DNA of 64,000 nucleotides from assembly GCA_947084985.1 (NCBI GenBank), contig CAMTUI010000011.1, positions 10,355 to 74,354 of the forward strand, in the 5' to 3' direction. The position numbers and the translations under genes are program-made. The notes under the pieces were generated by a model. It made no database searches. It was not told the DNA's origin and saw nothing but the letters and a program-made list of their open reading frames with translations. Positions 33,114 through 41,924 of the stretch are shown in pieces. This DNA comes from Methanobacteriota archaeon (GTDB taxonomy: Archaea > Thermoplasmatota > Thermoplasmata > RBG-16-68-12). The number at the start of each line of letters is the position of its first letter. The stretch's first letter is position 1.

Positions 33114-34046
33114 ATGGAGGATCTGTCGACCTTCGCGGTCGCGTTTCCGCAGTTCTGCGATCCCGCGGGGGTGCGCGTGCCCGGCCATGGGACCCTCCCC
33201 GCATTGGACGGCGCCCGTCCCTTCGAACTCACCGCCGACAACCTCGCCGCATACCGAGCGAAGGTGCCGAAGGATCCGAACACCCTGCCGAACATGCTGA
33301 AGATCGGCGCCGAGGCCATCGCCTTCTACGTGAGCTTCCGCCTGGCCCCGGACCGCTGGGGCATCTATGTGCGGGAGGCGGGCCTGCGCGCGCTGAAGGA
33401 AGAGTACCACCGGATCATCTGGCGCGACCTGGGCAAGTATGCGGACCAGCCCGTGGAGGACGTCGCGGAGAAGGTCGAGTATACGCTCGTCCTCGATTAC
33501 CTCCTCGCCCATAATCGCATCCACTTCCTCGTCGACCGCGTCGCGGCCCGGTGGGAGATGGAGAGCGGTCAGGCGAAGTACTCGCCTTACCAGGCGGCCT
33601 GGTACGCCGCCCCGCCGAAGCCTGTGATGCAGCCGGAGGACGTCGGGAACATCGAGGAGGCGCTCGCGAACATGGAAGCCTTCCGCCAGTACATCAACCC
33701 GACCTACGCCGAGGGCGTCTCACGTCTCGTCGAGGGCCGCCTCGACGAACGCAACGTGAACGAGTGGAAGGCATTCTTCATCGGTGGCCGCTTCGGCGTT
33801 GAGATGGCGAACGTCTTCTCGCGACAGCCGCCGGGCTGGAAGGACTTCGCGAAGTTCCTGAACCGGAAGACGTCCGTCGGATCGACGAACTACGTGCGCA
33901 TCCAGTACTCGTACAACCCGGAGGCGCTCGAGCGCGGGCAGAAGGAACTGGCGCGGCGCCTCGCTGGCGTGCCCGCCGTCACCCCGGACACGCCGAACGT
34001 CTTCAAGACGGAGCCCGCGGACTTCCCGAACGTGTACTTACTGTGA
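33114..34046 (+). CDS. Hypothetical protein (310 aa), no family recognised
   Basis: The ORF has a protein-like composition (K, Y, W, N present, unlike the R/P-rich antisense frames). The start is taken at MEDLSTF. It contains LAHNRIHF, an HxxxH that lacks the Glu of HExxH. Confidence 0.6.
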   Translation: MEDLSTFAVAFPQFCDPAGVRVPGHGTLPALDGARPFELTADNLAAYRAKVPKDPNTLPNMLKIGAEAIAFYVSFRLAPDRWGIYVREAGLRALKEEYHRIIWRDLGKYADQPVEDVAEKVEYTLVLDYLLAHNRIHFLVDRVAARWEMESGQAKYSPYQAAWYAAPPKPVMQPEDVGNIEEALANMEAFRQYINPTYAEGVSRLVEGRLDERNVNEWKAFFIGGRFGVEMANVFSRQPPGWKDFAKFLNRKTSVGSTNYVRIQYSYNPEALERGQKELARRLAGVPAVTPDTPNVFKTEPADFPNVYLL

Positions 34047-34121
34047 GCCGTTCGGACGCCATAAGGGGGATTTTCACTTTCACATCTCCCTCCACGGCGA
34101 GCTATCATGGCCCCGCGCGCC

Positions 34122-34139
34122 TTTCAGCAATTACTGAAA
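34122..34139. promoter_or_regulatory. Palindrome P1 TTTCAG-N6-CTGAAA
   Basis: This is an exact 6+6 inverted repeat, 11 nt upstream of the 34150 start, overlapping an AT-rich TATA-like stretch. Confidence 0.6.
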
Positions 34140-34149
34140 ACGGTGCCAC

Positions 34150-34461
34150 ATGCGACGTCGGTCAACGATGCGCCGAGTGCGCGCAGGAAAGGCGAGGAGT
34201 CGAGAATCGGGATACATCGTGACGTGGGACGTGGATAGTCTCGACAAGACGACGTCGAATCGGCTCTTCTACTTCGTGTTCGGACACACGGTTCGGAGCA
34301 ATGGCCAAACGTATCGGTATCCCGGCTTCGTTGAGCGCGACGGGGTCCGCTACCTGGGACAGTCCGTCGTATTTGTAGGTCCGCACCTGATCGGCGAACT
34401 GACCCGGTTTCTCGGGCGCAATCGGGTCGATCATGATTGCGTGGCCGCGACGCTGGGATGA
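34150..34461 (+). CDS. Small protein (103 aa), possible Cas2/PaaX-middle-domain-like fold; candidate DNA-binding regulator
   Basis: YIVTWDVDSLDKTTSNRLFYFVFG..GVRYLGQSVVFV..ELTRFL is reminiscent of the Cas2-type beta-alpha-beta pattern (weak, by eye). The gene is bracketed by the three palindromes. Confidence 0.5.
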   Translation: MRRRSTMRRVRAGKARSRESGYIVTWDVDSLDKTTSNRLFYFVFGHTVRSNGQTYRYPGFVERDGVRYLGQSVVFVGPHLIGELTRFLGRNRVDHDCVAATLG

Positions 34462-34463
34462 GT

Positions 34464-34481
34464 TTTCAGTTTTTGCTGAAA
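34464..34481. promoter_or_regulatory. Palindrome P2 TTTCAG-N6-CTGAAA
   Basis: This exact copy of the P1 half-sites begins 3 nt after the stop codon of the small gene. Confidence 0.6.
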
Positions 34482-34510
34482 CCTGTCGCCACAGGCGCCG
34501 CGTTGTCCCT

Positions 34511-34528
34511 TTTCAAACAAAACTGAAA
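34511..34528. promoter_or_regulatory. Palindrome P3 TTTCAA-N6-CTGAAA
   Basis: This copy has a one-mismatch half-site. It lies 47 nt centre-to-centre from P2, just upstream of the EamA TATA box. Confidence 0.55.
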
Positions 34529-34554
34529 ATCGGCCGGCCCACGGTGGGACTACC

Positions 34555-34562
34555 TTTTTATC
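34555..34562 (+). promoter_or_regulatory. TATA box (tttttatc) for EamA transporter gene
   Basis: It lies 22-29 nt upstream of the GTG at 34584. Confidence 0.45.
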
Positions 34563-34583
34563 GGACCCTCTCCTCCCCAGCGC

Positions 34584-35504
34584 GTGCCACTCGGGGACCG
34601 CTTCGAGCGCGGCTGGGCGCTGCACGCCGCCATGATCGCGCTCGTCATTTTCTGGGGCCTCGCGTTCGTCGCGATCAAACAGGCCCTCGTCCACATGTCG
34701 TGGATCACGCTCACGTTCTTGCGGTTCGCCGCCGCGGATGTCTGCTTTGGCGCATACCTGCTCGCGCGGCCGGAGGCCCGGGTCCCGATCGAACGGAAGG
34801 ACTGGCCCACGCTCGCGCTCCTCGCGTTTTTCGGGTTCACCGGGTACCACCTCTTCCTGAACCTGGGAGAAACGGACCCGAACACGTCGGCGGGGACGGC
34901 GGCCCTCATCATCGCGTCCGCGCCCGCATTCATCGCGGTCCTCGCGGTGCCGTTGCTCAAGGAGCGCCTGCGTCCCGTGCGGGCCGCGGGAATTGCCTTG
35001 GCCTTCGCAGGCCTAGCGGTGATGGTAGCCTTGGCCAACCCAGGGAGCGAGTACTCCTTCCGCGTGTCCACGGGAGCCCTCGCGATCCTGCCGCCCGCGC
35101 TCTTCACGGCCCTCTACGCGGTCCTCGGCAAGGGCTACCTGCGGCGATACAAGCCTTTCGTCTTCGTCGCGTGGACCCTCTTCCTCGGCACCCTGCTGAC
35201 CGTGCCGCTGGTCCTCATCACCTCGGGCGAGTTCGTCTCGGACCTGCAGACGATGGGCTGGGCCGGTTTCTGGCCCGTCCTCTACTTGGGAGTCTTCCCG
35301 ACGTTCATCGCGTACGGGATCTGGTTCCGCGGACTCGAGCGCATGCCGGCGGCAGCGGCGGGCGCGTACGTGTACCTGAGCACGCTCGTCGCGGTCGTCG
35401 GCGGAATCGCGATCCTCGGGGAGACGATCACGGGTGCCGGCCTCCTCGGCGGCGGCATGGTGATTGTGGGGGTCGTCCTCGCCCAGCAAATCGCTCGCCG
35501 CTGA
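34584..35504 (+). CDS. EamA/DMT family transporter
   Basis: It has 10 hydrophobic segments and duplicated EamA halves (IFWGLAFVAIKQAL.., YLGVFPTFIAYGIWFRGLERM). Confidence 0.85.
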   Translation: MPLGDRFERGWALHAAMIALVIFWGLAFVAIKQALVHMSWITLTFLRFAAADVCFGAYLLARPEARVPIERKDWPTLALLAFFGFTGYHLFLNLGETDPNTSAGTAALIIASAPAFIAVLAVPLLKERLRPVRAAGIALAFAGLAVMVALANPGSEYSFRVSTGALAILPPALFTALYAVLGKGYLRRYKPFVFVAWTLFLGTLLTVPLVLITSGEFVSDLQTMGWAGFWPVLYLGVFPTFIAYGIWFRGLERMPAAAAGAYVYLSTLVAVVGGIAILGETITGAGLLGGGMVIVGVVLAQQIARR

Positions 35505-35587
35505 GGGCCGAGGTGTCTGAAGCAGGATGTACACCTACTAGGAGGGAAATCCACGCGCCGGCCAACGCCGAGCCCCTCCTGCCGGAA

Positions 35588-38452
35588 TCACCGGATGCGC
35601 TCGAGCTGGAACGACCCGATGATGAGCGCCTTGTTCGTGAACTTGTACGGGACCCAGTCGTGCGTCTGGACCTCACCCAGGCCGGCGACCTGCAGCATCG
35701 TCTTCTGCTTGTCGGACTTGAAGTGGATCGCGCCGTCGACCATGTGCTCGAGGGCCTCGAGCGTCTGGTCCGTGTGCATCCCCCGCTCTAGGGCCATCAC
35801 GCTGACGACTTTCGTCTGCCGGAGTCGGTTCACAACGCGCTGGAAGAAGTTCATCGCGTCCCGTTCGTCGGCCTGCGTGATCGCCGAGCTGAGCGTCAGG
35901 AATGCGAGTCGGAAGTAGGGGTACTTGCCGCGGAACTCCTCGTCGAGCTGGCTGACGATCTGGTAGATCCCTTCGAAGTCCGTCGGGCCGTTCACGCGCC
36001 AGACGTTCTTCTCCTTGATGGGTCTGCCTCCCTGAATCGGGGACGTGCAGTCGATCCACCGGACGAGACCGAGCTGGTCGTACTCGACGAAGGTGGGCAG
36101 GATCGGCGCGATGTCCCTCGCGATGTCGATCGGGAGCTTCGTCGTCGTAATGATGATCGCGGGGATGCCCTTCTTGAGGCCTTCCGCGACGAAGTTCAGG
36201 ATTGCGACTTCTTTCCCCACGAACGCCGGGCCGACGAAGAGGACATTGGAATTGAAGGGAATCCCACCGTACAGGAGGTCATCGAGGCGCGGTGTCCCGG
36301 TCTTCACCCGCTCCTTCTTCTTTTCATCGGCCACGGCCTCTTCCGCCGCCTCCTCCGAGACGCCCGTCGTGATGTGGGCCTTCAGAGCGCCCTCCCGCAT
36401 CTCGAACTCCTTCTCCTTCTGGTACATGCGGCGCTTGAACTCCTCCTCCCGTTCGCGGAGCCGGCGCTCCCACGCCTCGAGCTGCGAGTCGCGGTCCATG
36501 TCCCGCATGCCCGGCGTCGCGACGGCGGCGCGTGCCTCGCGGGACTTCTGCTCAAGCTCCATCTCCCGGAGCTGGAGTTCCGACTCGCGTTCCTCGATCT
36601 CCTTCGCCTTCTCCAGGAGCCCGCGGTTCTCTTCGTTCAGCCGCTTGATCTCCGCCTGCAGGTTCGCCTGCATCTCGGAGAGCTTCCGATCCCGTGAGTC
36701 CAGGGTCTCCCTCTGCCTGCGGATGTCTTCCACGCCAGCCCCCGCCACGGCCTCCTTCATCTTCGCATCCTTGAACAGCTCCGCGTACTTCTTCGTCTTG
36801 TCGTCGAGCTGCATCTGGGCCTCTTGGACGGAAGACGCCGCACGCTCGATTTCCGCAGCCCGCTCCCGCAGGGCGGCCTCCTGGTCCGAGATCGATTTCT
36901 CTCGGGAGACGAGTTCCGACTCCCGGTCCTCGAACATCTTGCGCTGCGCCTGGAACTGCTTCTCGATGCGCGTCGCGTTCTCGTAGCGCTCGCGGAGTTG
37001 GTTCTCCAGGGTCCTCGACTCGACCTCGCGGCTCCCAAGCTCCTTCTCCTTCGCGAGGATCTTGCCCTCCCAGTCCTTCAGCTCCCGGATTCGGGTCGCC
37101 TCCGCCGTGGAGTGCGTCACCTCCGTCTGCTCCATCTTCATTCGGAGTTCTGACTCCTTGAGTTCGAGCTCCTTCTCCTTCTTGAGCAGGCTCGTTCGCT
37201 TCGAATCGAAGGACTTCTCGCGCTCTTGGAGACGCGCCTCGCGCTCCTCGATCGACTTCAGTTTCGACTCGGAAGCGCGCGCATGGGATGTAAGCTCGAT
37301 CGAGGTCCGCTTGACTTCCTTCTCCCGCTCCGCGATGGACGCCTCGCGTGCCGCAAGGGACTGCTTCGTCTTCTCGAGTTCCGTCTTCACGGTCGTCAGG
37401 TCCGCGTCCCGGAGGCGGAATTCCTCGACCTTCGCCTCGATCTCGGCTCGCGCTGACGCGACCTTGCGGTCGAGATCCCTCAGGTCCTTCGTCGCCTTCT
37501 CCGCCGCGACCTCTCGCGTCGTCACGTCCGTGATCTTCGCCTTGAGCTCCTTCGCCTGGTCCTCGAGCTCCTGCTGCAACGCCTCCAGGTGCGCCTCCCG
37601 CCCACGGAGCGCGCGCTCCTTGTAGTCGAGGGCCTCGCGCTTGCGTTCGTAGTCCTGCTGGACCATCGCGAGCTTCGTGTTGTCCGCCTTCAGGATCTCT
37701 CGCTGGTAGACGCTCGTCGAGGAGGCGATGATGTGCAGGAGAGAACCGGAGAACTCCGTTGTCAGGGCCCCGATCAGGAACGTGACCTCGAACAGGTAGC
37801 GTCCCTCGGGCGTCGTGAGGGGCACCTGACCGATGAGCAGGAAGAGAGCGAGGAGGGGCATCACGAGGGCGAGGGCGAAGCTCCCGAGCTTGCGCGCCCC
37901 GAGGCCTTCCCATGTCATCCCCATCGAGATGATCGTAAGGGGCACCCCGGCCACCGCGACCGGGTAGATCCAGGGGACGATCCACGACGGGATGCGCTGC
38001 TGGATCAGGAGGATAATCGCCGCGGCGACGAAGAAGAACAGGACCATGCCCGCGGTCGACGTGGCGAAATGCCCTGACAGGTAGTGTCGCCGGTACGGTT
38101 CCCGCTTGAGGCGGACCGCGTCCCACGAGGCCACGGCCCCCGCCACGGAGGGGAGGAGCCAGAGGACGAAATCAAGGTCCACGCCGGGCGGCAGAGGGGG
38201 CGTCTGTCCCGCGAGGCTCAGGAGGAGGATCGCGTTCAGGAGGAACGCAACGGCCCCTACGAATCCGTAGCCATGGGCATGGCGAGCGAACGTCAGCTGG
38301 AAGAGGCCCTGCTGGGCCGCGGCTGCGGCCGGAGACGGCTGGGACGGCTTCGTCGGCCTGGGCTTCTCATAGGTCGGCCTGAACGCCGGCTTGGGAGCGC
38401 TCGCCGGCTTCCGAGAAGTCGCCTTGCGGGCCATTAGAGTCCCTGCACGCAC
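35588..38452 (-). CDS. Polytopic membrane / long coiled-coil / C-terminal KaiC-RecA-like domain protein with degenerate P-loop
   Basis: 954 aa. The N-terminal ~240 aa has ~6-7 TM helices. About 450 aa is E/K/R-rich coiled coil (nt ~36352-37717). The C-terminal domain RVKTGTPRLDDLLYGGIPFNSNVLFVGPAFVGKEVAI resembles KaiC/PF06745-type ATPases, but Walker A reads GPAFVGKE (nt 36209-36232) instead of GxxxxGK[ST]. Confidence 0.8.
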   Translation of the reverse strand: MRAGTLMARKATSRKPASAPKPAFRPTYEKPRPTKPSQPSPAAAAAQQGLFQLTFARHAHGYGFVGAVAFLLNAILLLSLAGQTPPLPPGVDLDFVLWLLPSVAGAVASWDAVRLKREPYRRHYLSGHFATSTAGMVLFFFVAAAIILLIQQRIPSWIVPWIYPVAVAGVPLTIISMGMTWEGLGARKLGSFALALVMPLLALFLLIGQVPLTTPEGRYLFEVTFLIGALTTEFSGSLLHIIASSTSVYQREILKADNTKLAMVQQDYERKREALDYKERALRGREAHLEALQQELEDQAKELKAKITDVTTREVAAEKATKDLRDLDRKVASARAEIEAKVEEFRLRDADLTTVKTELEKTKQSLAAREASIAEREKEVKRTSIELTSHARASESKLKSIEEREARLQEREKSFDSKRTSLLKKEKELELKESELRMKMEQTEVTHSTAEATRIRELKDWEGKILAKEKELGSREVESRTLENQLRERYENATRIEKQFQAQRKMFEDRESELVSREKSISDQEAALRERAAEIERAASSVQEAQMQLDDKTKKYAELFKDAKMKEAVAGAGVEDIRRQRETLDSRDRKLSEMQANLQAEIKRLNEENRGLLEKAKEIEERESELQLREMELEQKSREARAAVATPGMRDMDRDSQLEAWERRLREREEEFKRRMYQKEKEFEMREGALKAHITTGVSEEAAEEAVADEKKKERVKTGTPRLDDLLYGGIPFNSNVLFVGPAFVGKEVAILNFVAEGLKKGIPAIIITTTKLPIDIARDIAPILPTFVEYDQLGLVRWIDCTSPIQGGRPIKEKNVWRVNGPTDFEGIYQIVSQLDEEFRGKYPYFRLAFLTLSSAITQADERDAMNFFQRVVNRLRQTKVVSVMALERGMHTDQTLEALEHMVDGAIHFKSDKQKTMLQVAGLGEVQTHDWVPYKFTNKALIIGSFQLERIR

Positions 38453-38578
38453 CTGCGGCTAGGAGGGTGATTCGAACGAACCGGCTTAGTTTACTTAAAG
38501 ATTGGGCCGAGAAATACCAAAGTTGATACTGTCCTCGCATCGGGAGGGCGGAACGCGGATTCGCGGGCGTCGGTGACG

Positions 38579-38586
38579 TTATATCC
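38579..38586 (+). promoter_or_regulatory. TATA box (ttatatcc) for bcp
   Basis: It lies 30-37 nt upstream of the ATG at 38616. Confidence 0.45.
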
Positions 38587-38615
38587 GTCGGACGCTTCGG
38601 TGGGTTCGGTAACCC

Positions 38616-39071
38616 ATGATCGCGGTCGGTGACCCTGCGCCGGACTTCCGCCTGTCCGCGGACGACGGGCGATCTTACGCGTTGAAGGAGCTACGTGGGA
38701 AGAAGGTCGTTCTATACTTCTACCCAAAGGACGACACCCCCGGATGCACGAAGGAAGCCTGCAGCTTCCGGGACAACCTCGGGCGCGTCACCTCGAAGGG
38801 CGCGATCGTCCTTGGCGTGAGTCGAGACGACGTGAAGAGCCACGCGAAGTTTCGGGAGAAGTACCACCTGAACTTTCCGCTCCTTGCCGACGTCGACGGG
38901 CAGGTGACGGAGGCCTACGGTGTCTGGAAGGAGAAGAACCTCTACGGGAGGACGACCATGGGCATCGAGCGCACGACGTTCCTGATCGACGAGGGTGGGC
39001 GGATCGCCCGGGTGTGGCCGAAGGTGAAGGTCGAGGGCCACACGGACGAGGTCCTGGCCGCCCTCGGGTGA
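38616..39071 (+). CDS. bcp: Thiol peroxidase / peroxiredoxin, Bcp type
   Basis: GDPAPDFRL..GKKVVLYFYPKDDTPGCTKEACSFRD is present. Confidence 0.92.
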   Translation: MIAVGDPAPDFRLSADDGRSYALKELRGKKVVLYFYPKDDTPGCTKEACSFRDNLGRVTSKGAIVLGVSRDDVKSHAKFREKYHLNFPLLADVDGQVTEAYGVWKEKNLYGRTTMGIERTTFLIDEGGRIARVWPKVKVEGHTDEVLAALG

Positions 39072-39119
39072 GCGGGGAAAGGTTCATCTCGCGTGCGGGG
39101 TTCGACGGGAGCGATACGG

Positions 39120-39476
39120 ATGATCCCTCCGAACGCGCCCCCGCCGAAGACGATTGTCATCTCGTACCCCGGGGCGGAGGAGAAGGTCCGGAAGCAGTAC
39201 CTGTACCAGGTCTACCTCTCCGGAGAGGAGCACGATCGGATCAGCCTTATTCCCGGGAACCGCCTCGTGGTGAAGTTCAAGGACGAAGTCGTGGGGGAGG
39301 GCCAGGCGATGCTCGTCGAGAAGACGACCATCGAGAAGCTCTCGAAGTACGACGCGATGAGCGCGGGGTACGAGACCTCGGAGGCGCAGAAGGCCCATTT
39401 GCTCGCGACGGTCTTGAAGGGTGCGAAGAAGCCCGAGAAGACGGAGTTCTGGAAGGTCCTCTTCCGGTGGATGTGA
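39120..39476 (+). CDS. ASCH/PUA-like domain protein (tentative)
   Basis: PGNRLVVKF..VVGEGQAMLVEKTTIEKLSKYDAMSAGYETSEAQKAHL..FWKVLFRW fits the ASCH pattern by eye. The start is uncertain (39093 or 39120). Confidence 0.45.
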   Translation: MIPPNAPPPKTIVISYPGAEEKVRKQYLYQVYLSGEEHDRISLIPGNRLVVKFKDEVVGEGQAMLVEKTTIEKLSKYDAMSAGYETSEAQKAHLLATVLKGAKKPEKTEFWKVLFRWM

Positions 39477-39544
39477 ACCGCGTTTCTCCATCCCCTGAGA
39501 AGACATTATAGGGGTTCCCGCCATGGTCCTCTCTGACGAAAGGG

Positions 39545-40348
39545 GTGAGGACCACGAAACCCGTTCGGCCCATTGTCATCAAGATCGCCGAGACCCGCGT
39601 CGACCCCGCCGCATTCGAGGAGACGATGAAGGTTCTCGGGGTCTCAGACCGTTCCGTCGAGAGATTCCTGGCGACGCGTGGCACCGATGGCCAAGCGTTG
39701 GTTGAATTCGCAGGTCGCATCTGTTACGAATCGTACGAACCCGGGCTCAACCCCAATGTCACGAAAATCCGTGAGGACCCGAAGGACTATTTCTCCAACA
39801 TCCTGACGAAGGGCGACGGATCGATTATGGAGCACTCGCAGGTAAGCTGGGCCTTCCTGAACATCAGCCGCGTGTGCAGTCACGAGATCGTGCGCCATCG
39901 AGTCGGGACGGCTATCAGCCAGGAATCCTTGCGCTATGTCCGGCCAAAGGAGCTGGGGTTCTGGGTGCCGGACGAGCTAGACCGAGACCAGAGCCAGGCG
40001 ATGACGGAGACCGTCGCAGAAATCGAAGACGCGTACCGCAAGCTCGAGAAAGGCATCTCCTGGGAAAAGCTGTCCATGGACCAGAAGAAACGTCTCACCT
40101 CAGCCCTGCGGCGGATTCTCCCGGACGGCATGGCGACGCACATGATATGGACGGCAAACCATCGCACCCTCCGCTGGGTCATCGAGATGCGAACGGATCC
40201 GAGCGCGGAAGTGGAGATCCGAATGGTCTTCGACCAAGTCGCACGCATCTGCAAGAGCGATTACCCCTATCTCTACCAAGACTTTGTCTTCACGGAGCTG
40301 CCCGATGGGACCCGGAGCTGGAAGCCGACGATTCGGTCGAAAGTCTAG
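39545..40348 (+). CDS. thyX: FAD-dependent thymidylate synthase
   Basis: The ThyX motif RHRVGTAISQESLRY is present, with SHEIVRH upstream. A TATA-like attatagg lies ~35 nt upstream of the GTG start. Confidence 0.9.
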   Translation: MRTTKPVRPIVIKIAETRVDPAAFEETMKVLGVSDRSVERFLATRGTDGQALVEFAGRICYESYEPGLNPNVTKIREDPKDYFSNILTKGDGSIMEHSQVSWAFLNISRVCSHEIVRHRVGTAISQESLRYVRPKELGFWVPDELDRDQSQAMTETVAEIEDAYRKLEKGISWEKLSMDQKKRLTSALRRILPDGMATHMIWTANHRTLRWVIEMRTDPSAEVEIRMVFDQVARICKSDYPYLYQDFVFTELPDGTRSWKPTIRSKV

Positions 40349-40360
40349 TACGCCGAGGTG

Positions 40361-41065
40361 TCACGTCCGTTCGGCGATACGGTCCACGATGACGGCGAAG
40401 TCCTCGACAGAGAACTTCGGAGGACGGCCGATCTCCTTTCGAATCCGAATGGACGTCAACAGGGACCAACCCACGGCGTCGACGGCTGTCCGCGCGGCCA
40501 AAAGCCCTTCCGAGCGGGATGCGCCCTCGTTCCAATTCGTCCCGAAATCCCAGATGGCGTTCAGCATGCGCTTGAACTGTCCCGCCGCAACGATCCCCTT
40601 TGCCTCGAGGAAATCTGCCAACTTGCCGGTGTACGTCTCGAAGTCGATCTTCCCGGCCTCCCATTCTTCGACATATTCGAAACAACCGACGTTCGCGCAC
40701 ACGCCAATCGACGCGCTCGCGATCACGTTCTTGCACCGCTCCGCGGCGCGCTTGTACTCACCCCGACCGGCGAGGACGGTCGCCGCGGCGAGTCCCCACG
40801 AATGCTCCACCAGCTCGAAGAGGGATTCCCCTGCGCCCGGCGCGGCCCACGCGTCGATGAGCGCATTAGCATTGTTGCGGAGTTTTCCACCGAGGCGAAG
40901 GAACGCATCGGCGTCCCGCACGTCCCTAGCCAGGTTCGCGCGAAGTTTCGTCGGATCCTTCTTTCCCTGAGAGTGCCACAGGTGGTCGTGCAACTGCTCC
41001 GTGTCTCGATTGATGCGCTTGTCCAAAGCCGCGAAGCCTACCGCCATGAAGTCCCGAGCGGTCAC
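40361..41065 (-). CDS. Hypothetical protein (234 aa), predicted all-alpha
   Basis: The ORF has a normal amino-acid composition. I recognised no motif. Confidence 0.55.
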   Translation of the reverse strand: MTARDFMAVGFAALDKRINRDTEQLHDHLWHSQGKKDPTKLRANLARDVRDADAFLRLGGKLRNNANALIDAWAAPGAGESLFELVEHSWGLAAATVLAGRGEYKRAAERCKNVIASASIGVCANVGCFEYVEEWEAGKIDFETYTGKLADFLEAKGIVAAGQFKRMLNAIWDFGTNWNEGASRSEGLLAARTAVDAVGWSLLTSIRIRKEIGRPPKFSVEDFAVIVDRIAERT

Positions 41066-41110
41066 TAAGCGTGTGAGGCCATAAACGTATCATGTCTCCG
41101 GGACACTTCG

Positions 41111-41440
41111 CTACTCGCGGACCTCATACTGCGTGACCTCCGGCGGCTGCGTCGTGAGCCGCAGGAGCACGAAGAAGTCGCTCCCGAGAGACGGGTCGGA
41201 CCGGAGACCGCCCTCGAGATGGCGGAGCGCGTCCTCAGACTCGAAGAGCGCGATCGCGACGAACTCCGTCGACGGATGCTGCCCCTGGCCGAGCCACGCG
41301 TCGCGGCATCCGTCCGCCGCGGCGATCGTCTTCACATGACGGCGCAGCACGGCCAGGCCGTCCGCCTCCAGTCCCTCCTTGAAGCGGAACCGGCTGAAGC
41401 GAATCCACACGCTCGCCCGCAGGGCCGCGGTTCCCAAAGA
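41111..41440 (-). CDS. ABM (antibiotic biosynthesis monooxygenase)-like ferredoxin-fold protein
   Basis: VWIRFSRFRFKEGLEADGLAVLRRHV..EFVAIALFESEDALRHLE fits the ABM/Dabb pattern. The start is taken at MSLGTAAL. Confidence 0.5.
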   Translation of the reverse strand, partial: SLGTAALRASVWIRFSRFRFKEGLEADGLAVLRRHVKTIAAADGCRDAWLGQGQHPSTEFVAIALFESEDALRHLEGGLRSDPSLGSDFFVLLRLTTQPPEVTQYEVRE

Positions 41441-41490
41441 CATTGCGGTGACCGGCAACTTTATGTCGGCCGGCGGTCGTCGCACTCGGA

Positions 41491-41688
41491 GTGTTCAGCC
41501 GGAAGAACATCGGGAGCGAGCCGCAGAAGTGCGAGAAGTGCGGTAGTGAGAAGGTGTTCTTCGTCCAGCACGCTCACGGGAACTATCCCATCCTCGATTA
41601 CGTCTGCCCGAAGTGCGACCTGGGCGGCGATCAGGGCGTCCCGGACTGGTACATGTCTCCGGAAGGAAAGGACTCGTCCTCGCGGTGA
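41491..41688 (+). CDS. Small zinc-ribbon protein (65 aa)
   Basis: It has CEKCG...CPKC. A TATA-like actttatg lies 31-39 nt upstream of the GTG start. Confidence 0.55.
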   Translation: MFSRKNIGSEPQKCEKCGSEKVFFVQHAHGNYPILDYVCPKCDLGGDQGVPDWYMSPEGKDSSSR

Positions 41689-41708
41689 TCCGGCGCGGTG
41701 ATCCGTCC

Positions 41709-41924
41709 ATGGGAGATCTCGTCATCCGCGCGTACCGGATCAGCGGCTATGTCGAGGGCCCGTGCACGAAGTGCGGCAAGGATGAGCGCGGCCTCGTGAT
41801 GTTCGAAGACTATGCCCTGGGGTGGGAGTGCCTCTCGTGCGGCGAGATCGGCCGCGCGGACCGTGTCGAATGGATCGAGGCGAAGGACCCCGCCATCGAG
41901 GGCCTCGCGGACGAGGAAGAGTAA
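41709..41924 (+). CDS. Small zinc-ribbon protein (71 aa)
   Basis: It has CTKCG...CLSCG and an acidic C-terminus. The extended SD GGTGATCC lies 4 nt before the ATG. Confidence 0.6.
   Translation: MGDLVIRAYRISGYVEGPCTKCGKDERGLVMFEDYALGWECLSCGEIGRADRVEWIEAKDPAIEGLADEEE

Noticed and set aside
31283-33319. 678-aa minus-strand ORF antisense to the OppF-like gene.
   Set aside because: It has an R/P/G/E-rich composition and no motifs. The plus frame has all ABC ATPase motifs.
36552-38126. 524-aa minus-strand ORF in an alternative frame of the TM/coiled-coil/KaiC-like gene.
   Set aside because: It has a G/R/P/A-rich, low-complexity composition. It is an off-frame translation of repetitive GAG/AAG/CGC codons.
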